From Cyanobium sp. NIES-981 (GTDB lineage: Bacteria; Cyanobacteriota; Cyanobacteriia; PCC-6307; Cyanobiaceae), in assembly GCA_945877595.1 (NCBI GenBank), contig CAMDVN010000001.1:21685-85684 (forward strand): DNA of 64,000 bases. Direction: 5' to 3'. How positions within the stretch are numbered: the first letter of the stretch is position 1; each line of letters begins with the position of its first letter. The translations under genes and the position numbers were made by a program. Below the pieces are notes generated by a model that worked only from the letters and a program-made list of their open reading frames with translations, did not search any database and was not told the origin of the DNA. Shown in pieces: positions 44,701 through 52,358 of this stretch.

Positions 44701-44706
44701 TCCTCC

Positions 44707-46410
44707 GTGCCCGAGCTGCATCTCGACCTCCACTCGCCCCGATCCCAGCGGGTTCAGGTCTGCGTTCGATCCACTCCTCGCCAGCATCGGCTCAGCTTCT
44801 CCCTGCCCCGCTGGACCCCCGGCTCCTACCTGCTGCGCGAGTACGTGGGCCAGCTGGAGGGCCTGGAGGTTTGGCAGGGCGAGCGGCGGCTTGAACCCCG
44901 CCGGGTGACACCCTTTGGCTGGGATGTGGCGTTGCCCTGCTTGCTGCCGGTGCAGGTCCGTTACGCCATCCAGGCCACGGAACTCACGGTGCGCACCTGT
45001 CACCTCGATGAGTCCCATGGCTTTTTCGCCCTGGCGGCTGTGGTGGTGAACATCGAGGGGGAGCGTTGGTCGGAGCATCGCCTGCGGCTGGCATTGCCCC
45101 AGGGGTGGCAGGCCTTTGTGCCCTTACCCACCGACAGCGATGGGGTCTGGTTGGCGCAGAGCTTTGATGCGCTGATTGACAGCCCTGTGGAGACCGGACC
45201 CCATCCGGTGCATCACTTCGCCGTGGCCGGTGTGCCCCATCGCTGGGTGGGTTGGGGTGGTGATCTGCCAGGCCGCGATCCCACCTGGTTGGCGGATGTG
45301 GAGCGCGTCTGCCTGGCCTGTTGCCGACTGATGGGGGTCGAACGCCCTGCTGCTGACCACTATCTGGTTGTGCTCCATCTCACCGAGCAGGGTTACGGGG
45401 GGCTGGAACACGACTTCAGCACCGTGCTGCAGTTTGGCCGCCGAACCCTGGCCAAGCCCGAAGGTCGACGCAAGCTGCTGCAGCTGGTGGCCCACGAATA
45501 CCTGCACCAATGGAATGTGCGACGCCTGAGGCCGGCTGAGCTGGTACCGGTCGACTACGGCCGGGCCGTGGTGGTCCCCACCCTTTGGTTTGCTGAGGGG
45601 GTGACCAGTTATGTGGATCAACTCCTGCCCCATGCCGCCGGCTGTTGTGGTGCAGAGCAGGTGCTCGAAGATCTGGGCGCAGACCTGAGTCGCTATCGCC
45701 TCAGCCCCGGCCGGTTTGTGCAGAGCCTGCAGAGCAGCAGTGAAGAAGCCTGGGTCAAGCTCTACCGGCCCCACCCCCATGCCGGCAACCAGCAGGTGAG
45801 CTATTACCTCAAGGGTGCCGTCGTGGCCTTGGTGCTGGATCTCCACCTGCGCCGGCATGGCTCCTGGCTGGGGGCCGTGCTCCAGGACCTCTGGCAGAGC
45901 CATGGGCATCATGGCCGCGGATATCAGCAGCAGGATCTTTTGGCAGCGTTTAGCCGCCTGGCCCCGGATCTGGAGACGTTGCTGCCTGAGTGGCTGAGCA
46001 GCACCGTGGATCCCCCACTCGATGCCTATCTGACCGATGTGGGGCTTCAGCTCGTGCCTGTCTTGGCGGCCATTCCCTGGCTGGGCTGGCAGCTGGAGTG
46101 CAGACCCGCCGGCGGGGTCTGGCTCACCCGGCTGGAGCGAGATTCTCCCGCTCAGATGGCCGGTTTGCAGGTGGGCGATGAGCTCATCGCCCTGGATGGG
46201 GAGCGGCTGCGCAGTCTCGAGGATCTCAGCCTTGGGCTCACGCCCCAACCCTGTTCGTCTGAACTGCTGGTGTGCCGTGATGGGCTGATGCTGCGGCGTG
46301 AGCTGCACCCGGCCCCTGCTGCGGTCGAACGCTGGCGCCTTGTGGTCAATGATTCGGCCCCAGCAGGCGCCTGTGAGCGCCGCGCTGCCTGGCTCGCTCT
46401 GCTCCCATGA
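44707..46410 (+). CDS. M61-family metallopeptidase with C-terminal PDZ domain
   Basis: HEYLHQWNVRRLRP zinc motif. C-terminal ..GLQVGDELIALDGERL.. is PDZ-like. Confidence 0.8.
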   Translation: MPELHLDLHSPRSQRVQVCVRSTPRQHRLSFSLPRWTPGSYLLREYVGQLEGLEVWQGERRLEPRRVTPFGWDVALPCLLPVQVRYAIQATELTVRTCHLDESHGFFALAAVVVNIEGERWSEHRLRLALPQGWQAFVPLPTDSDGVWLAQSFDALIDSPVETGPHPVHHFAVAGVPHRWVGWGGDLPGRDPTWLADVERVCLACCRLMGVERPAADHYLVVLHLTEQGYGGLEHDFSTVLQFGRRTLAKPEGRRKLLQLVAHEYLHQWNVRRLRPAELVPVDYGRAVVVPTLWFAEGVTSYVDQLLPHAAGCCGAEQVLEDLGADLSRYRLSPGRFVQSLQSSSEEAWVKLYRPHPHAGNQQVSYYLKGAVVALVLDLHLRRHGSWLGAVLQDLWQSHGHHGRGYQQQDLLAAFSRLAPDLETLLPEWLSSTVDPPLDAYLTDVGLQLVPVLAAIPWLGWQLECRPAGGVWLTRLERDSPAQMAGLQVGDELIALDGERLRSLEDLSLGLTPQPCSSELLVCRDGLMLRRELHPAPAAVERWRLVVNDSAPAGACERRAAWLALLP

Positions 46411-46417
46411 CGCTCCC

Positions 46418-47254
46418 ATGATCCGGCCTCAATGGCGCCATCACTGGCCGCTGTGGCTTCTGGCAGCAGTCCTCTTGGGGGTGGGGCTTGGCGGCTGGAT
46501 CGATCGGGGTGAGCGCAGTGCTGTGGGCCGGCTTCGCCCCCCCAGCCAACCAGCCAATCCGATGGTGCCGATCCAGCCTCCCGCTCGGCCGCGTTGGGTT
46601 TCGCCCTTGGTGCGGAGCTGCCAGTCGGGGGATCCCGAGCAGCGCCTGCGGCTCGAGCAGCGGCTGCGCGCTTTGCGCTCCTCGGTGGCCACGGTTCAGA
46701 TCCACCCCACCAACTACGGCCAGCGATTTCAGCGTGATGTGTTTGGCCGTCGGCTTGATTCCAGGCCCCAGCTCGTTGTTCTCCATGAGACGGTCTATGG
46801 CATTGGCTCGGCGATCAACACCTTTGTGACCCCCCACCCGAGCGACAATGACCAGGTCAGCTACCACGCGCTGATTGGCCAAGATGGGTCTGTGGTGCAG
46901 GTGCTTGATCCCAGCAAACGGGCGTTTGGGGCCGGCAATTCGGCCTTCAATGGCCAGTGGGTGATGACCAATCCACAGGTGGGGGGATCGGTCAACAACT
47001 TCGCCCTGCACGTGAGCCTGGAGACCCCTCTCGATGGCGAAGACAACGCCCCCACCCACAGCGGTTACACCCCCGCCCAATACGACGCCCTCGCGGCTCT
47101 CTTGGCCGAGTGGATGGCCCGGTATCCGATTCCCCCCGAACACATCACGACCCATGCCCATGTGGATCTAGGCGGCGAGCGCTCAGACCCGCGTAGTTTT
47201 CAGTGGGCGGAACTGAACACTCGACTCCAAAACCTGGGGAGTCTTTGTGGATGA
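46418..47254 (+). CDS. N-acetylmuramoyl-L-alanine amidase (amidase_2 / PGRP fold), membrane-anchored
   Basis: ATG 46418 (MIRPQWRHHWPLWLLAAVLLGV..). ..VVLHET..SYHALIG..AFGAG..HVSLE..ITTHAHVD..RSDP... Confidence 0.82.
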   Translation: MIRPQWRHHWPLWLLAAVLLGVGLGGWIDRGERSAVGRLRPPSQPANPMVPIQPPARPRWVSPLVRSCQSGDPEQRLRLEQRLRALRSSVATVQIHPTNYGQRFQRDVFGRRLDSRPQLVVLHETVYGIGSAINTFVTPHPSDNDQVSYHALIGQDGSVVQVLDPSKRAFGAGNSAFNGQWVMTNPQVGGSVNNFALHVSLETPLDGEDNAPTHSGYTPAQYDALAALLAEWMARYPIPPEHITTHAHVDLGGERSDPRSFQWAELNTRLQNLGSLCG

Positions 47255-47306
47255 GCCCGTCTTGGACGGTGGTCAAATGACCCGGTCAAGCCCTGATGTG
47301 GGGCGC

Positions 47307-48131
47307 TCAGATCAGGGGGGCAAGGGCTCGTTTGCGGGTCCCGTAGACCAGGGCATGCAGCTCAGGATCTTGCATGTAGCGAAACACCCGGCGGGGGTAA
47401 TCGAGCTTGCCGTTGTGGAGGTAGGCCAGAGCGCCGAGAGATTTTGCATCCCGGCGGCTGGTGCTCGCCATTAACAGGCGGTGGCGGGGAAGACCCAGAG
47501 ATTTGCTGAGTCGAGCAAATTTGCCGACCAGCAGTTGGACGTTGCGATGGGGATCGAGCAAGTATTGGCGGGCCTGCTGGAGCTCCGAAGCGCTGGCGTC
47601 TGGGGACAGCAGTCCTTGATGGACCATCTCGCCGAGGCCGATTTGGGCCGGGCCCAACGTGCTGAACAAACCCGAGTGGGCCGCGATTGGCAAGCTCTCG
47701 CCGGGTTTGGAATGCTGAAGTTCATCAAACAAAACAGCCGCCACCAGCATCGGGTTGATCCCGACCCGACGGCTTTCCTGAAGGATCACCGGGCTGAGCT
47801 CCTCCAGCCGTCCCATGGTCACCGAGCGCAGAGGCTGCAGTTGATCCATGCCTTGGGTGAAGAGTTGGGCCAGGCGTGGTTGGGGACCGTGCACCCCGAA
47901 GCGACGCTGCAGCTCCCGAAGCTCGTCGGGTGAAAACTGCAGGGGGTCTCCGCTGAGGTCAGGATCGCTTGCCTGCTCTGGCGCCTTGAGCAGGGCTGAA
48001 CCGCGGCCGTGCTCGAGAGCGGGGCTCAACGATGCAGCGTCTTGGGCCTGGAGCCACTGGCTGGCACCCAGCAACGCCAGCGTGGTGCCCCACAGCAAAA
48101 CGTTGCAACGATGGCTGAGGGTGGGACCCAT
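47307..48131 (-). CDS. Secreted hypothetical protein (weak resemblance to lytic transglycosylase SLT fold)
   Basis: Signal-like N-terminus ..LLWGTTLALLGASQWLQA. ..INPMLVAAVLFDELQH..GPAQIGL.. is only loosely SLT-like. Confidence 0.5.
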   Translation of the reverse strand: MGPTLSHRCNVLLWGTTLALLGASQWLQAQDAASLSPALEHGRGSALLKAPEQASDPDLSGDPLQFSPDELRELQRRFGVHGPQPRLAQLFTQGMDQLQPLRSVTMGRLEELSPVILQESRRVGINPMLVAAVLFDELQHSKPGESLPIAAHSGLFSTLGPAQIGLGEMVHQGLLSPDASASELQQARQYLLDPHRNVQLLVGKFARLSKSLGLPRHRLLMASTSRRDAKSLGALAYLHNGKLDYPRRVFRYMQDPELHALVYGTRKRALAPLI

Positions 48132-48246
48132 GCGTCAGCCATCAATCTCAGAGACTTCTTTATTAAAACAAAAGAATCCATGGCGACGGCCATGCCGGCC
48201 ACTTTGTGGCGCGGTTGACCGTTGCGGCCCTTGGCACAGCAAAGGG

Positions 48247-49908
48247 ATGGCATCCGGCCCAAAGACCGATAGGGTCGGGGTGCTTTCTCCCTTGTTTGCA
48301 GCTGCCATGGCTCTGGCTGAGGATCCGTTTGCCAGCACTCCGACTCAGCAGTGGCAACGGTTCTGCGAACTGCTCTGGCACCACGACGACCTTGGCTTCT
48401 GGCTCGATGTGAGCCGCATGGCGGTTGGGCCTGACCTTCTTGAGCAGTTGCGTCCGCGATTTGCGGCGGCTTTTGGCGCCATGGCAGCCCTCGAGGGCGG
48501 GGCCATCGCCAATGGTGATGAACAGCGCATGGTTGGTCATTACTGGCTGCGCAGCCCCGATCTGGCCCCCGATCCCGGCATTGCTGCCCACATCCGCTCC
48601 GAGGTGGACCGCATTGAGGCCTTTGGCCGCCAGGTCCTCGCTGGCTCGATCACAGCCCCTACGGGCCAACCGTTTACCGATGTGTTGTGGGTCGGCATCG
48701 GTGGCTCTGGTTTAGGCCCCCTGCTGATGACCCGGGCGTTCCAAAGCGAGGGGGTGGGTCTGCCGTTCCACTTCTTCGACAATGTTGACCCCCAGGGCAT
48801 GAGCCGCACCCTGGCGGCCCTGGACTCCCGTCTCAAGACCACGCTGGTGATTGTGGTGAGCAAGTCGGGGGGGACCCCCGAGCCGCGCATCGGCATGGAG
48901 CAGGCCCGGACCAGGCTCGAGGCCCGCGGCGGCCAGTGGGGAAGCCAGGCGGTCGCAGTCACGATGCAAGGCAGTCACCTCGACCAGCTGGCCACCGATC
49001 AGGGCTGGTTGGAGCGATTTGACCTGCCCGATTGGGTGGGAGGTCGAACCAGCATCATGGGCGCGGTGGGCCTGCTGCCCGGTGCCCTGATCGGGGCCGA
49101 TCTGCGCGCCTTCCTGGAGGGCGCCGCTGTGATGGATCAGGCCACCCGGGCCACCCGCATTGAGGAGAATCCTGCTGCCCTGCTGGCCGCTAGTTGGTAT
49201 GCCGCCGGGGAGGGCCAGGGTCGCCGCGACATGGTCGTGCTGCCCTACCGCGATCGTCTTGAGGTGTTCAGCCGCTATCTGCAGCAGCTGGTGATGGAGA
49301 GCCTGGGCAAGCGACTGGATCGCGATGGCCAGGTGGTCCATCAGGGCATTGCGGTCTATGGCAACAAGGGCTCCACTGACCAACACGCCTACGTCCAACA
49401 ACTGCGGGACGGTGTTGACAACTTCTTTGTCACGTTTGTCGAAGCCCTCGATGACCCTGCTGACATCTCGGCTGTCGATGGCGAGATGCCCGGCGACTTC
49501 CTGGATGGTTTTCTGCAGGGCACCCGCACGGCCCTGTTGGAGGGTGGCCGCCAAAGCCTCTCGATCAGCATGGAACGGTTCAATGAACGCTCCCTGGGCG
49601 CTCTGATCGCCCTGTTTGAGCGCGCTGTGGGTCTCTATGGCGAACTGGTAAATGTCAACGCTTACCACCAGCCTGGGGTAGAAGCTGGCAAAAAAGCTGC
49701 CGCCGTGATCCTTGACCTCCAGACCCGGCTTGAGGAAGCTCTGGCCGGCGGGGAATCCCAGAGCCTCGAGCAACTGCAGCTGCGGCTTGGGGTTGAATCC
49801 CCCGAACCCTTGTTCTGGATCCTGCGCCACCTGTGTGGCAACGACCGCGGTTACAACGCCAGCGGTAGTTGGGCGCAACCGCAGGGATTGCGCTTCAGTC
49901 GTCCTTAA
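48247..49908 (+). CDS. pgi: Glucose-6-phosphate isomerase
   Basis: ATG 48247 (alternative 48307) inside ORF 47848..49908. ..GIGGSGLGP.., ..VVSKSGGTPE.., ..GSTDQHAYVQQL... Confidence 0.92.
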   Translation: MASGPKTDRVGVLSPLFAAAMALAEDPFASTPTQQWQRFCELLWHHDDLGFWLDVSRMAVGPDLLEQLRPRFAAAFGAMAALEGGAIANGDEQRMVGHYWLRSPDLAPDPGIAAHIRSEVDRIEAFGRQVLAGSITAPTGQPFTDVLWVGIGGSGLGPLLMTRAFQSEGVGLPFHFFDNVDPQGMSRTLAALDSRLKTTLVIVVSKSGGTPEPRIGMEQARTRLEARGGQWGSQAVAVTMQGSHLDQLATDQGWLERFDLPDWVGGRTSIMGAVGLLPGALIGADLRAFLEGAAVMDQATRATRIEENPAALLAASWYAAGEGQGRRDMVVLPYRDRLEVFSRYLQQLVMESLGKRLDRDGQVVHQGIAVYGNKGSTDQHAYVQQLRDGVDNFFVTFVEALDDPADISAVDGEMPGDFLDGFLQGTRTALLEGGRQSLSISMERFNERSLGALIALFERAVGLYGELVNVNAYHQPGVEAGKKAAAVILDLQTRLEEALAGGESQSLEQLQLRLGVESPEPLFWILRHLCGNDRGYNASGSWAQPQGLRFSRP

Positions 49909-49918
49909 TTAGGACGAC
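49898..49918. terminator. Hairpin shared by convergent pgi and the small membrane gene, with both stop codons in the loop
   Basis: Stem GTCGTCCT (49898-49905) with AGGACGAC (49911-49918). Loop TAATT contains the plus-strand TAA (49906-49908) and the minus-strand TAA (49909-49911). No U-tract, so terminator function is uncertain. Confidence 0.35.
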
Positions 49919-50217
49919 ACCCGGGCGGCTTGGGCAGCCCGGGCTGCCTCCACAGCAGTCACGGTGGCCACGAGCAGCAGGCCGGCCAGTCCGATCAGCT
50001 GGTTCTGTTGAACCACATCGGCTTGGAGTACCGGGTCGATGTCTTGGCCAAGCACCGCCCCCAGCACCAGCCAGGCCGTGCTCACGGCCGTGGTGATCCA
50101 GTAGGCCGTCCAACGCCGCTGGTAGATGTAGCCCGTGCCAAGGCCGGGCACCACATTGAGCAGCGCAGCCAGCCAGCCACTGGATGCGGCCAGGATGTCC
50201 TGCTTGCTGGGTGGCAT
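49909..50217 (-). CDS. Small membrane protein (102 aa), hypothetical
   Basis: ATG 50217 (MPPSKQDILAASSGWLAALLNVVPGLGTGYIYQRRW..). Three hydrophobic spans. 4 nt downstream of the transglycosylase gene. Confidence 0.55.
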   Translation of the reverse strand: MPPSKQDILAASSGWLAALLNVVPGLGTGYIYQRRWTAYWITTAVSTAWLVLGAVLGQDIDPVLQADVVQQNQLIGLAGLLLVATVTAVEAARAAQAARVSS

Positions 50218-50221
50218 GAAA

Positions 50222-51247
50222 TCAGGGCAACGAGCTCTGATCTTGCCGGATGCTCGGCCCTGGGGCGACCGCCGGAGCACTCCAGGGCATCTGTCGCAAA
50301 TGATGGGCGACCGAGACCCGCTGCTGCTGGCTGTATCCCACCGGCAGCCAAAGGTCCCCCCGGGATGTGAGCACGTGGATCTCCCAGTGGTACAAACCGC
50401 GGTAGGCGAGGGGGTCTTCGCTTAAGAGGTCGGCGTAGTGCAGCACCGCATTGCCGTATTCGGTGCTGTTGTTGTATCCCCAGAGCCCCCGGCGAATGTC
50501 ACGCAGGCCGCCGCGCCGCACCAGGTAGCGAGCGGCCGCCTGAATGGCGTCGTGGGGGTCGCGAATGTTCCCCTGGCCGATGCCGCGTTCGGCCCAGGTG
50601 CTGGGCAGAAACTGCATCGGCCCCTGGGCATTGGCCACCGAGACACCGTCGATGCGTCCCATGCCCGTTTCGACCAGATTGACGGCCGCCAGCACCTCCC
50701 AGCGGATCCCGGTGGCGGCAGCGGCTTTGCGGTAGTAACGCAGCAGAGACTCGGCTGGCTCGGGCGGCACGATGCGCCAGGCCGGCACGGTGGTTCGGGG
50801 TTGGCTGCCGCGGGCCATGGTCAAGAAGGCACGCCTTGCCGCCAGATGGTGATCCAAGACCCGATGCCAACGCAGGGGCAACTGCTGCCGCACGGTGGCT
50901 GCCAGCCCTGGGCTGGCGGCAAGCTGGCGGTAGATCACCTGCTGATGGTGTCCAAGGCCGGGCAGCTGCGCCTCTGGGGTGCTGGGGTTGCGCTGGGCCG
51001 TCTCGATGGCCGTCAGCAAGGCCGCGATCTGCTCGGGTTGCTTGGGCACCACTGGATACTGTCGCCCATCTGGAGCAGTCAGGGCTCGGATCGATCCAGG
51101 CCCCCGGGCCGGCAAGGCGGTGGGGTTTTCGGCTGCGGGGTTGGCAACCCCGGCCCCGCAGCCAACCAGGGCAGAGAGCAGCAGTCCGGCGGCAATCGTG
51201 CGGCCAGTCCAGGCCTGGGGCCGCCAGGTGGGCGATGGGTTCACCAT
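50222..51247 (-). CDS. Lytic murein transglycosylase (MltB-like)
   Basis: ..AVNLVETGMGR..AQGPMQFLPSTW..DPHDAIQAAARYL... N-terminal lipoprotein-like LLLSALVGC. Confidence 0.82.
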   Translation of the reverse strand: MVNPSPTWRPQAWTGRTIAAGLLLSALVGCGAGVANPAAENPTALPARGPGSIRALTAPDGRQYPVVPKQPEQIAALLTAIETAQRNPSTPEAQLPGLGHHQQVIYRQLAASPGLAATVRQQLPLRWHRVLDHHLAARRAFLTMARGSQPRTTVPAWRIVPPEPAESLLRYYRKAAAATGIRWEVLAAVNLVETGMGRIDGVSVANAQGPMQFLPSTWAERGIGQGNIRDPHDAIQAAARYLVRRGGLRDIRRGLWGYNNSTEYGNAVLHYADLLSEDPLAYRGLYHWEIHVLTSRGDLWLPVGYSQQQRVSVAHHLRQMPWSAPAVAPGPSIRQDQSSLP

Positions 51248-51376
51248 GCTGAGCGAGTTGCGCTGAATCCCAGCCTGACCCCAGCGGAGATCCGTACCGT
51301 TCGGTAGCCCAGGCGACCGACGACCAGCGTCACAACCCTTTACACTGTCTTCAAGTTTCGTTACCTACGAACCACC

Positions 51377-51520
51377 ATGGCTGAATCCAATTCCCGCTTC
51401 GGTTTTGTGGCGTTCGCTGAGACCTGGAATGGCCGTCTGGCCATGCTGGGTTTTGTGATCGGCCTGGCCACCGAGCTGCTCACCGGACAGGGCATCTTGA
51501 ACCAGATCGGCCTCGGCTGA
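51377..51520 (+). CDS. hli: High-light-inducible protein (HLIP, one-helix CAB family)
   Basis: Not in the ORF track (47 aa). MAESNSRFGFVAFAETWNGRLAMLGFVIGLATELLTGQGILNQIGLG has the chlorophyll-binding E..NGR.AM.GF motif. Confidence 0.88.
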   Translation: MAESNSRFGFVAFAETWNGRLAMLGFVIGLATELLTGQGILNQIGLG

Positions 51521-51556
51521 TTGATCCATTGGTTGCGGACCGCGCAGCCTTGCTGA

Positions 51557-51584
51557 AGCCCCCAGCCCCTGCTGGGGGCTTTTT
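51557..51584 (+). terminator. Rho-independent terminator after hli
   Basis: Stem AGCCCCCAGC (51557-51566) with GCTGGGGGCT (51571-51580), loop CCCT, then TTTT. Confidence 0.7.
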
Positions 51585-51618
51585 GCGTTCAGTTCCCTCC
51601 TCTGATCGTCTGGTACCA

Positions 51619-52320
51619 GTGCTTCAAGCCTCCCAACCCCTGGAGTTACCCCAGCCCATCGAGCCTCTTGGCCCTAAGCCTTTTGAGCTTGAGCAACTGG
51701 ACCTTGAGCGACTGGGTCTTGAGCAACTGGTCTTCGAGCATCCAGGCCTGAACCTGCGCCTTCAGCCGCGTTGGTTGGATCATGAGCAGGCTGATGCCCT
51801 GCTCCAGGAGCTGCTAAGCAATGTTGCCTGGAAGCAGGAGCACATTCGGCTGTTTGGCCGGGTCCACCCCTTGCCCCGCCTCACCTGCTGGATTGCTGAT
51901 CCGGGCTGCGCGTACCGCTACAGCGGGCTTCAGCAGGTTGTCGAACCATGGACGCCAGCTCTTCAGGCGCTTCGCACCGAGATCAGCGAGTTCTGTGGGT
52001 GTGCGTTCAACTCCCTGCTGCTGAACCTCTATCGCCACGGCCGCGATGCGATGGGCTGTCACGCCGATGACGAGCCCGAGCTTGAGGCCTCAGCAGCGAT
52101 TGCCTCCTTGAGCCTCGGATCGCGACGCACCTTGCGTTTCAAGCCAAAATCAGGCTCTGGGCTAGCGGCCCAGAGCCAAAGTTTTGCCCTTGAGCTCAAC
52201 CATGGTGATCTGCTGGTGATGGATCCCCCCACCCAGCAGCATTGGCTCCATGGACTGCCAAGGCGAACCAGAATCGAGAGCCCCAGGATCAACCTCACCT
52301 TTCGTCGGGTGCGGGGCTGA
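51619..52320 (+). CDS. alkB: 2OG-Fe(II) oxygenase, AlkB family
   Basis: ..YRHGRDAMGCHADDE.. (H.D) and ..QQHWLHGLP..RINLTFRRV. The ORF-track start 51529 lies upstream of the hli terminator, so I moved the start to in-frame GTG 51619. The start remains uncertain. Confidence 0.78.
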   Translation: MLQASQPLELPQPIEPLGPKPFELEQLDLERLGLEQLVFEHPGLNLRLQPRWLDHEQADALLQELLSNVAWKQEHIRLFGRVHPLPRLTCWIADPGCAYRYSGLQQVVEPWTPALQALRTEISEFCGCAFNSLLLNLYRHGRDAMGCHADDEPELEASAAIASLSLGSRRTLRFKPKSGSGLAAQSQSFALELNHGDLLVMDPPTQQHWLHGLPRRTRIESPRINLTFRRVRG

Positions 52321-52358
52321 GCGCCCAGCTCCAGGTAGACCGTCGAGAGCGCTCGGGT

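Noticed and set aside
45124-46419. 431-aa minus-strand ORF.
   Set aside because: It is antisense to the M61 peptidase gene, which has the HEYLH zinc motif. Shadow frame.
48712-49878. 388-aa minus-strand ORF.
   Set aside because: It is antisense to pgi. Shadow frame.
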